DNA of 64,000 nucleotides from an uncultured virus (IMG/VR IMGVR_UViG_3300042484_001031) (IMGVR_UViG_3300042484_001031:62001-126000); one strand, 5' to 3'; counted from the first letter of the stretch, positions 29,401 through 38,522 are shown. The notes: generated from the sequence alone by a model not told the origin. Made by a program: numbers and translations.

Positions 29401-32238
29401 TTAAACCATTGTATTACGTAATAATTTATCTGATATAGCATTACCGGTACTTAGTTGAGAAATCATTTCATCAAATTTATCTTCCATCATTTGCATCATT
29501 GATTGAGTAATGCCAGCAAGTTGATCTACTCCCGGCATAGACATGCTTGTTAATGGATCTTTTGACACATTATTATTTAATGGAACAATAGCTTCTCTAC
29601 CGTGAAGTTCAACATCATATCCAGAACTAGGTCCATCAAATATTCCTCCATCCATTGCTTTAAGTAAACTTCCTCCCTCTGATTTGGCAGCACTAAAATG
29701 CATAGCGTCTTTACTACTTCGCCAATTTCCTCCCCAACCTAGACCAAGGCCTCGTGCAACATCAGCTATCTCTGCAGGCATATCTGTAACCAAAGTACTA
29801 CCCATTGGATTAGTATCAGGATTGATATCTATTGCTGCTCCATGAGCATGTATACTTTTTACTCCTGCTTTACCTCTTACATCTCTATCAATATATCCAC
29901 CTAAACTACGAATATCATATCCGGCATTATCTAAATAGTCAACTAATTTTTGAAATTGCGGAGCATACTCGGCATTAACCTGAGCTGATCTACCTGATTT
30001 ACTAGTAATACTAGACAATTTAATATTACTACCGCCTCCTCCTCCACTAGAACTATGTTCATTGCTTGGGCCTCCAGCCTTTGAACTTACACTTCTAGTG
30101 GTTGGTGCGTCTTCAGCTTCTGCTTTAAATTTATGTCCGCCGGCTTTTGCTTGGTCTGTATTTAGATATGCTTCTTGTCCACTGGCTCTGCGTTCTTTGT
30201 TTATTACTCTTAACTCATTTTGCATTGCCATTTGACGTTCCATCTTCTTCGCCATAGCAATCTGTGATTGTTTATTAAATTCTTCTTCTTCTAATTGAGT
30301 TTTTTTAGCCTTTTCCTTAGCTACATCTACTGCCTTTTGTAATTCTGCTTTATCTTTATCAGTTTTGTTAGGATCAGTTTGTGCTTTTTTTAACAGTAAA
30401 ATTGCATCTTTAAGCTCTTTTTGTGCATCAATATTTTCGTCCATTACTTTTTGTTGGTTAAGTAATGCTTTATTATCTTCTTCATTATTAGATAAACCCT
30501 CATTAGGATCTTTACCTAAAATTTTGTTAATGTATTTCATTAAATCTACCATAGATTTAGTAAAAGCATTTACTGCACTAGAAGCCATTGGCAATGCTAA
30601 TGTTCCCATTTTGAAAACTTCTTGCCCCATTCTTTCCATGTTTTGTTGAGCTTGAACTGTATTTTCAGTTAAATCACCGGCTGCCTTTTTTTGTTTATTT
30701 TGTATTTCTATAGCCTCTTCCAAAGATACATTATTTTGATTTTGTATATCTCTTAATGAACTATAACTACCTAATGTTTTAGTATCAGGCATCAATGCAA
30801 AGGTTTCTTTACCAAAAGTATCAATAGCTTGTTTAGCACCCTTCTTCATCATTGTCTGCGCTAAATCAAAATTCTTTGCTACTTCTTCAGGTTTAGAATT
30901 TTTTAACTTATCTATTACGTCAGGTACAGTATCACCCATAACTCTCAACGCTTTTTTGGCTGCTTCAGTATTTGCACCAGATGTTAAATCCATAAATCCA
31001 CGTTTTAATTCTGGATCTTTAATAGTTAATGCAAATTGTTTTATAGCTTCTGCACCGGCAGCATTTTCTTCAGCAATAACATCCATACTAGCCGAGAAAC
31101 GACTGTCAGCTAGTTGTTCATTACGTTGTTTTATTATATCTTCTTTGCTTAAGCCGGTTACCTTTTGTAATGCATCTAGTTCTTGTGCATACTTAGCAGT
31201 ACCCTTTGCTAGCTGTTCTTCAGTCATGTTTCTAGCACGACCTAATTTAAGTTCCTGTTGTAAGAATCCAGCTGAAGCAGTTCCTATATCATCAGCAGTC
31301 ATTCCTAATTTACGTAATTCTAATCCAGCTTCTGCCAACGGACCGTCACCTTTAGTCAACATACCTACAGCTTTAGTAAACTTATCAGCACCTCCACCTA
31401 CTGTTTTACCCCATTGTGCTAAGTCACCAGCATTCTCTCTTATTGCTTTTTTGAATCCTTCAAGACTCATACCTGATTCTAGAAATTGTCTGGAAACACC
31501 TTCCATACCTTCCGCAGTTAATGCACCTGCATTTGCTAATTCTTGAAATGCCTTAAGGTTTTTGTCCATTAATTCTAAAACAAATTTAGCACCTTCGGCT
31601 GCGGCTTTAGTAGCTCCTGCTATTGCTTCACCTACAAATGGTATAGCCTTAGCCAAGCTAGCTAATGAGTTTGCTACAATATCAATTAATGGATTTAATG
31701 ATGTGAAATTAGTATTGCCGTTTGCTAAACCCATAGCAAAACTACCTAATCCTTTAGTAAGATCACCTAGACCTTTGACAAAGTTACTCCCAAATTCATC
31801 CTGGGCTTTTTGTAATTCTGCCTGTTTGGCTTTTGATCGTTCTTCACTAGCTCCTTCTTTTCTTAATCTGTCTAGTACCTTTTTTTGTTCTTTGTCTAGA
31901 TCAAGATTTTGCCTACTAAGCATTTTTGTTAAATTATTTTGATCATCAATAAAATAATTATAATTTTCTAACTCTTTTTCATATAGAACTTGTTTTCTAT
32001 TTTGTAGGGCCTGCTCCTTACCTAAAAGTCTTTCTAAATCACTATTGATTTTTTGTTCAATTTTGCCACGTCTTGCACCAGTGGCTTCAAGAGCCTTCAA
32101 AGTGCCTGCTTCTACGTTACCGTGAGCATCTAATTTAGCGGTTACACCATGACGGATTCTTAACTCTTCCTCAGCTAAATCAGCTTGCATTCCCAAAGCT
32201 TCTTTTAATCTTCTAAATTCTTCCGATTCTTCAGCCAT
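29401..32238 (-). CDS. Tape-measure-like protein with a C-terminal M15-type peptidoglycan peptidase domain
   Basis: Long helical A/K/E/L-rich body; SIHAHGAAIDIN...WGGNW...DAMHF Zn-peptidase motifs; ends with a GPSSGYDVELHGREAIVPL segment. Confidence 0.7.
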   Translation of the reverse strand: MAEESEEFRRLKEALGMQADLAEEELRIRHGVTAKLDAHGNVEAGTLKALEATGARRGKIEQKINSDLERLLGKEQALQNRKQVLYEKELENYNYFIDDQNNLTKMLSRQNLDLDKEQKKVLDRLRKEGASEERSKAKQAELQKAQDEFGSNFVKGLGDLTKGLGSFAMGLANGNTNFTSLNPLIDIVANSLASLAKAIPFVGEAIAGATKAAAEGAKFVLELMDKNLKAFQELANAGALTAEGMEGVSRQFLESGMSLEGFKKAIRENAGDLAQWGKTVGGGADKFTKAVGMLTKGDGPLAEAGLELRKLGMTADDIGTASAGFLQQELKLGRARNMTEEQLAKGTAKYAQELDALQKVTGLSKEDIIKQRNEQLADSRFSASMDVIAEENAAGAEAIKQFALTIKDPELKRGFMDLTSGANTEAAKKALRVMGDTVPDVIDKLKNSKPEEVAKNFDLAQTMMKKGAKQAIDTFGKETFALMPDTKTLGSYSSLRDIQNQNNVSLEEAIEIQNKQKKAAGDLTENTVQAQQNMERMGQEVFKMGTLALPMASSAVNAFTKSMVDLMKYINKILGKDPNEGLSNNEEDNKALLNQQKVMDENIDAQKELKDAILLLKKAQTDPNKTDKDKAELQKAVDVAKEKAKKTQLEEEEFNKQSQIAMAKKMERQMAMQNELRVINKERRASGQEAYLNTDQAKAGGHKFKAEAEDAPTTRSVSSKAGGPSNEHSSSGGGGGSNIKLSSITSKSGRSAQVNAEYAPQFQKLVDYLDNAGYDIRSLGGYIDRDVRGKAGVKSIHAHGAAIDINPDTNPMGSTLVTDMPAEIADVARGLGLGWGGNWRSSKDAMHFSAAKSEGGSLLKAMDGGIFDGPSSGYDVELHGREAIVPLNNNVSKDPLTSMSMPGVDQLAGITQSMMQMMEDKFDEMISQLSTGNAISDKLLRNTMV

Positions 32239-32335
32239 ATATTTTACTCATAATGTTATTATTTAAAGGCGTAAATTGTACCCACTAAATAGTTCATAGT
32301 ATTTATGATTGTAAAAAACCCGTTTTGGAGAACAT

Positions 32336-33160
32336 ATGAACAATAACCCATTAAAACAATATTTTCGTAGACCTGCGATATATTTAAAATTACCCAGCGA
32401 GGGTAAATATTATCCAATAGACGCTATTGATTTACCTGATAACAAAGAACTTCCTGTATATCCAATGACAGCTATAGATGAAATAACTAGCAAAACTCCA
32501 GACGCTCTATATAGCGGTGTGGCAATTTCTGAAATCATTAAAAGCTGTGTACCAAATATTAAAGATCCATGGTCTATCCCAACAATTGATTTGGATGCTA
32601 TATTAATAGCTATCAGAGCGGCAACTAATGGAAATTTATTAGATGTTGAGTCAACATGTCCTAGTTGTACTGAGTCTGCTTCATATAATGTTAATCTAAT
32701 TGGATTACTATCAAAAATAGTAGTAGATGAATACAAAAATAACGTAGCTATTGATGAAATGTCCATTGCGTTCAAACCAATCACATATAAATCATATAAT
32801 AAATTAAATTTGGCTCAGTTTGAATTAGAAAAAAATGTAAGAAAAATGAATGAGATTACGTCTGATGAAGAAAGATTAAAATATTCAACAGAAATGATGA
32901 AACAATTAAATGATTTAACCATGCTTCTTGTGTCTGAATCAATTGACAATATTACTACCCCGTCATTTGTTGTAAATGAAAAAGAATATATTCTTGATTT
33001 TTTACAGAATTGTGATAGGAACTCATTTGTAAAATTAAAAGAGCATACAATAAAATTACGAGAAGATGCTCAATTAAAACCATTAGCAGTTAAATGCATT
33101 CACTGTGAACATGAGTATAACCAAACCATTGCGTTAAATGTATCTGATTTTTTCGAATAA
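32336..33160 (+). CDS. gp26: Baseplate hub assembly protein / tail chaperone (gp26-like)
   Basis: LKLPSEG..YP, PMTAIDE, DLDAILIAIRAAT, CPSC and CIHC, terminal DFF; GGAG RBS. Confidence 0.75.
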   Translation: MNNNPLKQYFRRPAIYLKLPSEGKYYPIDAIDLPDNKELPVYPMTAIDEITSKTPDALYSGVAISEIIKSCVPNIKDPWSIPTIDLDAILIAIRAATNGNLLDVESTCPSCTESASYNVNLIGLLSKIVVDEYKNNVAIDEMSIAFKPITYKSYNKLNLAQFELEKNVRKMNEITSDEERLKYSTEMMKQLNDLTMLLVSESIDNITTPSFVVNEKEYILDFLQNCDRNSFVKLKEHTIKLREDAQLKPLAVKCIHCEHEYNQTIALNVSDFFE

Positions 33161-33207
33161 GGCTTCTGTATCTGTCCGCTGAGGATATACAGAAGCTGAT
33201 AGACGAT

Positions 33208-33384
33208 ATGGAAAAAGAAACGTTAATCATTAAAGAAAATGCTATAAGAATGGCTTGGCATATGCGTGGGGGTGTTACCTATGAAGATATATTAAACATG
33301 TGTACTACTGAACGTAATGTTATATCAAAATTAATGGAAGATAACTATGAAACTACTAAGAAATCAGGGCTTCCATTCTTCTAA
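33208..33384 (+). CDS. Small gp51-like baseplate assembly protein (58 aa; below track cutoff; frame open from 33148)
   Basis: MEKETLIIKENAIRMAWHMRGGVTYEDILNMCTTERNVISKLMEDNYETTKKSGLPFF directly after the gp26-like gene. Confidence 0.7.
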   Translation: MEKETLIIKENAIRMAWHMRGGVTYEDILNMCTTERNVISKLMEDNYETTKKSGLPFF

Positions 33385-33519
33385 TTAATTCCGTAACTGT
33401 TCATTTATCATTACGGGTTATCTATGTAAAGATGAACTTCGTTCATCTAAGAACTCACTTCGTTCGTTCTTATTTTTTACGGTTATCTATTGTCTTTTAC
33501 TCTACATTATATATGGACT

Positions 33520-33872
33520 ATATTGCCGCTTTGAAGCCATGGTAGTGCTATTCAGCACTACCAATGGTTAAGGGTATTTGCCATGCCCGTCATCCTTTGT
33601 CATCTTTTCCCCGTCTAATTAGCTATTTGTTGCTACTAAACGCTACCGGTTGCTCTGTAAAGTTATGGGACTGTAGTGAAGCTATCAATGATCTTTCAAT
33701 TGATTCTTCAGCAACGCACTTCTCACCCCGCAAAGATAAAGTAGGGATGAGCTTGTTGAGGGTTCGCTTTGTCGATTGCCCTCTCGGTATTCCATAGTTA
33801 TCACTAACTATGCTTACTCCAGATCCATCAGCGTTTCCGCATCTTCAAGGAGGTCTGACAAACTCAGACAAC
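33520..33872 (-). ncRNA. Candidate large structured non-coding RNA, family not recognised
   Basis: About nine adjacent helices, GNRA loops and G-U pairs on the minus strand, and a 5'-3' long-range pairing, in a gap with no credible ORF. Confidence 0.55.
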
Positions 33873-33886
33873 GAATTTTTATTTTA

Positions 33887-34441
33887 TTATGTTGTTGGGA
33901 TATTGATAACAGTTTGATTTGACGTGGTGTCTGTTGGTGCTGAATAGCTTTTTAATAATGTACTGTTGTGTAGGAAAAAGTCATCAAATTCAACGATTAG
34001 CCAATCGCCAAACTTGCTTGACGAATAATAGACAAAATTGTCTGTTATCCATGTTGAGCCGCATTGCACGGCAACATAACGACCTTTTCTATTAAACTTC
34101 ATAAACAATAAATTTACATCACCTGTTTCGGCAACATCCATTAATTGTTCAATCCATGTATTTATTACTTTACAGTCACCTGAAAGTAGTAAGTGAAAAG
34201 GAAAATCTGCATAGAACTTACATTCAATATTCATTTTACTGAAACTTTGTCCGGGTACAATATCACCTTTAAAAGAACGTATTTGTCCCTCATGTAATAC
34301 TGTTGTCCTATGTTGATTTTTACCACCAATGTAAGCTCCAGAACCAGGTGCTCTTATAAAGCTTTCGCCATATAGGTCAGAAAGAAACTTTGCAACTTCT
34401 CTCTCAAATCCTGATCCTTTAGCCTTCTGCGGTGATGTCAT
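33887..34441 (-). CDS. PD-(D/E)xK nuclease, Holliday junction resolvase-like (probable start MTSPQK at 34441)
   Basis: KGSGFEREVAKFL...GSGA...GDI...IECK pattern; directly follows gp46. Confidence 0.75.
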   Translation of the reverse strand: MTSPQKAKGSGFEREVAKFLSDLYGESFIRAPGSGAYIGGKNQHRTTVLHEGQIRSFKGDIVPGQSFSKMNIECKFYADFPFHLLLSGDCKVINTWIEQLMDVAETGDVNLLFMKFNRKGRYVAVQCGSTWITDNFVYYSSSKFGDWLIVEFDDFFLHNSTLLKSYSAPTDTTSNQTVINIPTT

Positions 34442-34475
34442 GTTAATACTTATCTGTCTCTGTGTATCTTTGAAA

Positions 34476-36551
34476 TTATTCTGTGTCAACTGCGGTTGAA
34501 TAACTTGTAAAGCCGTTCTCTTTAATTACTTTAAGAACACTAGGCACACGCCCAGCTAATTCTTCACGGTGACTTACAAGCCAAATACTTTTCTGTCTGC
34601 GTCGGCTCATGTCTTTAAGAATTGCAATAGCATTCTCAACACCCATTGTGTCAAGACCACTATCAATTAGTTCATCAATAAACAATGTATTGATAGGTCG
34701 ATATAAACTTTCCCATACATCTCTAAACGCAAAACTTAAGCCTAAGATTAAACGGTTACGTTCACCACGACTTAAATTATCAAAGTCAAGTTCTCTACCG
34801 AGCTCGGTAATCTCAACTTGTAAATCATTCTGAAAGATAACTTGATGCGGTAAACCAATCTTATCTAAGTAATGTGTTAATCGTTGATTCAAGTAACTTA
34901 AGTTTTGGTCAATAATCTTCTTACGAACAAAACTATCTTTGCTAACTAACAAATCTAACAAGAACTTTTGATGATCCATTGTTCTTGTTAATCGGTTGAT
35001 AGCATCAAAGTCAATAGATTGTAATGCGTTACTCTCCATCTCTACTACTTGTTCAGCGTATGGATCAGTTTCATTACCTTTAGTACCAATCTGAGTTAGT
35101 AAACTATTAACAGTAGACCGATGTTCAACAGCCTCTGCTTCTGTATCATATATTGTTATAGGTTGAGGCCCTAATTCAACATAACTTAACTCATTAAGTT
35201 GTTCATTAAATGGATTAGATTCTTTCTTCTTATCTTCCCATACTTTCTTTAAGTTAGCTACATCGCCACTATGACGAATAGCTTCCGCTTCTGTTTTGTA
35301 TTTTGGAGTAGGCTTAGGACCAATATCTTTTAATAATGATTGATTAGCCTCTAAATGATCTTCCATCATTGCTAAATCAGCTTTTGTATTTTCAAGTAAC
35401 GTAGTTTTTTCTAACGTAACTTCTAAATGCTTATCATCATGGAAATCTTGACCACATGCATAACACTTATGATCCTCTAATTCTTTAATCTCTCGAATTA
35501 ATTTCTCAATTAATTTTTTTTCTTTTGTGATATTTTTATTTTGGGTATCAATTGCTGTGGCAATAGTCTTTTGGTCAGCTTCATCTTTGATCCACTCTTT
35601 TAAATCACTCCATGCTTTCAGTTCAGCTTCAATGTCATACTCATTCTTGCGTAGGTATGTTGTATGTGCTACTGTAATATCAGTATCATGTTTTTGTTGC
35701 CATGCGGTAGAACGTGCAACTAACGCATTGTATGTATCCTGTGCTTCTTTTTGTTTAGCCCAAACATTCAAATCTTTATGTGCTAGTAGTTCTGCTTCAA
35801 TATCAATCTTGCTCAATTCATCATGGTCGGCAACTAATTTAGCAAGATCCTCATCATGCTTTGCTTTCCATAACTTCTGTCTACGTTTGAAACTTTCAAT
35901 CTGTTCAGCTACACGTTTGTTAGCTTCTTCAATACCTTTTACACGATATTCTTCTTGTTGTATACTATCTTTGCTGTCACGGATCATATTCTTAATGACC
36001 TCAGCTTTTTCACTTAACAAAGTAATACCAAGCAATTGTTCAATGATATCACGTTGATCATTAGTTTTCAGTGCTAAAAACGGTTCACTATATGTATTCA
36101 ACACAACAATATGTTTGAACATATCGGCACTCATGTGAATAACATTTTCAATAGCTACCTGTGTTTCTTTATTCTCACCCTGTGCATCGTCTGTATTCTT
36201 TTGTAAATCGTTGTTTACATAGAACCTTAAGATATTGGGTTTGCGCCCTCGTTCAATCTTATATTCAATCCCGTCTACACTAAACTCTAGTGTGACCATC
36301 ATGTTTTTGCCATTGGTACGATTGACTAAGTTATCTTTACGAATGCTATTGATTGGTACACCGAACAAGGCATAAGATAGACCCTGAATAAGAGTAGTCT
36401 TACCTGTACCATTACGAGCACCATCACCACCTAAGTCTAAGTTTTCACCTAGAATAAGTGTTAAGTCTTGTCTGTCAAAACAAACTGCTTGTGTTACTTG
36501 TCCGATTGAAAGGAAATTGCGAAGGGTAATATTCTTAAGGGTAATGCTCAT
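34476..36551 (-). CDS. gp46: Recombination endonuclease ATPase subunit (Rad50/SbcC-like)
   Basis: Walker A NGTGKTT, zinc hook CYAC, signature LSRGE, Walker B LFIDE, H-loop VSH. Confidence 0.93.
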   Translation of the reverse strand: MSITLKNITLRNFLSIGQVTQAVCFDRQDLTLILGENLDLGGDGARNGTGKTTLIQGLSYALFGVPINSIRKDNLVNRTNGKNMMVTLEFSVDGIEYKIERGRKPNILRFYVNNDLQKNTDDAQGENKETQVAIENVIHMSADMFKHIVVLNTYSEPFLALKTNDQRDIIEQLLGITLLSEKAEVIKNMIRDSKDSIQQEEYRVKGIEEANKRVAEQIESFKRRQKLWKAKHDEDLAKLVADHDELSKIDIEAELLAHKDLNVWAKQKEAQDTYNALVARSTAWQQKHDTDITVAHTTYLRKNEYDIEAELKAWSDLKEWIKDEADQKTIATAIDTQNKNITKEKKLIEKLIREIKELEDHKCYACGQDFHDDKHLEVTLEKTTLLENTKADLAMMEDHLEANQSLLKDIGPKPTPKYKTEAEAIRHSGDVANLKKVWEDKKKESNPFNEQLNELSYVELGPQPITIYDTEAEAVEHRSTVNSLLTQIGTKGNETDPYAEQVVEMESNALQSIDFDAINRLTRTMDHQKFLLDLLVSKDSFVRKKIIDQNLSYLNQRLTHYLDKIGLPHQVIFQNDLQVEITELGRELDFDNLSRGERNRLILGLSFAFRDVWESLYRPINTLFIDELIDSGLDTMGVENAIAILKDMSRRRQKSIWLVSHREELAGRVPSVLKVIKENGFTSYSTAVDTE

Positions 36552-37561
36552 AGGTTATTATAAATGTCCAACAATAGTTTTTTGTCAAATGTATTTGATT
36601 CAATAGAATTAATTTGGTCAATGACGATTTGGTCAACACTTTCAAATCGTAATCCATCTGAACCGGCTATCTCTGTTTGTTCTGCTTTCATTGGTATCAA
36701 TGCCATCTCTCTTAGTTTATGTTCTGGGATTAATGTTTCTCTAATGAAGTTAGCTTCTTCATAACTAATATCAATGTCAAGATGTACTCTAACATGGCTG
36801 TCAATCAATAGCAAGCCCTCAGGGTTTTCTAGTACATCACTTAGTTTATATACACGATATAAGGGTTGTCTTGGCCAACTAAAGAATTGGGGATCTTGAT
36901 TCCATTCAAGTACCATCATACCACGTGCGTCATCACCTGCGTCAGCATAGTTATGAGGGAAAGCGTTACCTATATACCACACATTCTTTTTGCTTTGACG
37001 TTTATGGAAATGACCACTGAATACTTTATCAAACCCACTTAAATGTTCGCTATTGATTTCACCATGGTCGGGCATTTCAACCATAGCGTTCATGTAGAAA
37101 TGAGGTAACTCAAAATGACCAAACATATATTTGCCATTTAGTTTTTTTAATTTCTTATAATCATCTTGGACAAGCCAGGGCGCAATAACTACATCTCCTT
37201 GACTGAAGAAGTCGTTGATGATTTTAACGTTTGGTAAATGTTTAGCCCACTCAACACTATGAATGTCCCTACGGTCACGATAATAAAGATCGTGATTGCC
37301 TGGTATAAAATATACAGTATCAAAGTTAGCATTTAGTTTCTCCAGAGCCTGTAGCCCAAATTGTAGTGTATGAATGTTAATACTTGCTCTATGATGATTA
37401 TAATCACCTAAGAAGAAACAAGTTTCACAACCCTCACTTTTTGCTTTAGTAATGAACCAATCTACGAAATTGGCACAGTCTTGATTATGTTGTAGGCTGT
37501 TTGACTTAAGACCAAAATGAATGTCGGTAAAAACAGCGGCTTTTTTAAAAAGGTTACTCAT
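36548..37561 (-). CDS. gp47: Recombination endonuclease nuclease subunit (Mre11/SbcD-like)
   Basis: DIHFG, LGD, GNHD and SGHFH metallophosphoesterase motifs; overlaps the gp46 start. Confidence 0.93.
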   Translation of the reverse strand: MSNLFKKAAVFTDIHFGLKSNSLQHNQDCANFVDWFITKAKSEGCETCFFLGDYNHHRASINIHTLQFGLQALEKLNANFDTVYFIPGNHDLYYRDRRDIHSVEWAKHLPNVKIINDFFSQGDVVIAPWLVQDDYKKLKKLNGKYMFGHFELPHFYMNAMVEMPDHGEINSEHLSGFDKVFSGHFHKRQSKKNVWYIGNAFPHNYADAGDDARGMMVLEWNQDPQFFSWPRQPLYRVYKLSDVLENPEGLLLIDSHVRVHLDIDISYEEANFIRETLIPEHKLREMALIPMKAEQTEIAGSDGLRFESVDQIVIDQINSIESNTFDKKLLLDIYNNL

Positions 37562-37567
37562 GTGTTT

Positions 37568-37596
37568 ATTATATAGGATATGGCACTACAAAGCAA
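37568..37596 (-). promoter_or_regulatory. Sigma70-type promoter for gp47
   Basis: TTGCTT-N17-TATAAT, ending 6 nt before the ATG. Confidence 0.7.
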
Positions 37597-37610
37597 TGCC
37601 ATTGGACAAA

Positions 37611-38522
37611 TTATTCTTCGTAAACAGTACTGCTTGACCCAGAGCCTTGGCGACTCCAACTTGGGTTAAGACCGTTAATTTCTAAGATATCATCACGTAT
37701 GTTTTGATTACGCTTTTCTGTATTTAGGACACGACAGAAACTATTTGTTATAGCGGCTGTGTAATAAGCAAATGGGTTTGCACTTTTAGCTTCATTGAAT
37801 CGTAAGCCAACGTATGTTAATTGTAAGATAGCACTGTTACGCATCTCATCATTGTAGGTATACCCACGCCAATTATATTTCATTGCATATTTTTCGCACA
37901 TCATAATATACATACGGGCAAGTTTGTTTGTGATTTTACCATGTTCTTTATTAAAAGAACCGGTAGATAGATCACCTTCCCAATGACTTTTACCCACACA
38001 ATAAAATGTATTGTTCTCATCAATTTTATAATGTTGGAATGGGGGAAAGTTAACCTTAACATGAACCATGTCATCTACTTCAGCTTTAGTGGTTGTATCT
38101 TCTAAGTCAGCAAAGATTTCATCTGGATCCGGCTCCTCAAACTCAAAAATATCTTTTGCTGTTTTCTTTTTAACTGTTTTGCGGGGCTGTTTTGGTGCAA
38201 CAGGAACATGATCCCAATTCATTACACGAAATACTAAATCTGTTAATGGGATAGAATCAGGAGAAACAGCATCTTTACTACCTTGTTCCAAACTTAAACG
38301 CAATGCACGTGTTTCTTTTGCCACTTGAATTGTTTCGGGTTTGAAAGCGTATGCTAAACTTTCATCAATTGGTGCTTGTGGCATATCTACTATGAAGTCA
38401 TACCTATGATATTCTGGTTTAGTGAAACAGCAATATGCGTTTTTACTTTCGTGTATCTCTTTTAGAATATCTTTGTTATTGAGATAGTTGACGGGTTTGC
38501 GTGGCGCGGGTAGTAGAGACAT
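37611..38522 (-). CDS. gp55: Late transcription sigma factor (probable start MSLLPA at 38522)
   Basis: NYLNNKDIL, NWRGYTYNDEM and NPFAYYT...SF.R.L..EK motifs; AAGGA RBS before 38522; adjacent to gp47/gp46. Confidence 0.85.
   Translation of the reverse strand: MSLLPAPRKPVNYLNNKDILKEIHESKNAYCCFTKPEYHRYDFIVDMPQAPIDESLAYAFKPETIQVAKETRALRLSLEQGSKDAVSPDSIPLTDLVFRVMNWDHVPVAPKQPRKTVKKKTAKDIFEFEEPDPDEIFADLEDTTTKAEVDDMVHVKVNFPPFQHYKIDENNTFYCVGKSHWEGDLSTGSFNKEHGKITNKLARMYIMMCEKYAMKYNWRGYTYNDEMRNSAILQLTYVGLRFNEAKSANPFAYYTAAITNSFCRVLNTEKRNQNIRDDILEINGLNPSWSRQGSGSSSTVYEE

Noticed and set aside
33564..33797. 77-aa plus-strand ORF in the structured gap
   Set aside because: No RBS, atypical composition, lies past a likely plus-strand terminator and is better explained by the helices.
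33515..33872. Group I intron (AAUAUAGUCC resembles the S element), RNase P or tmRNA
   Set aside because: No convincing matching R/P7 partner, no interrupted gene, no GAGGAAAGUCC and no tRNA-like CCA end; kept as an unassigned RNA.
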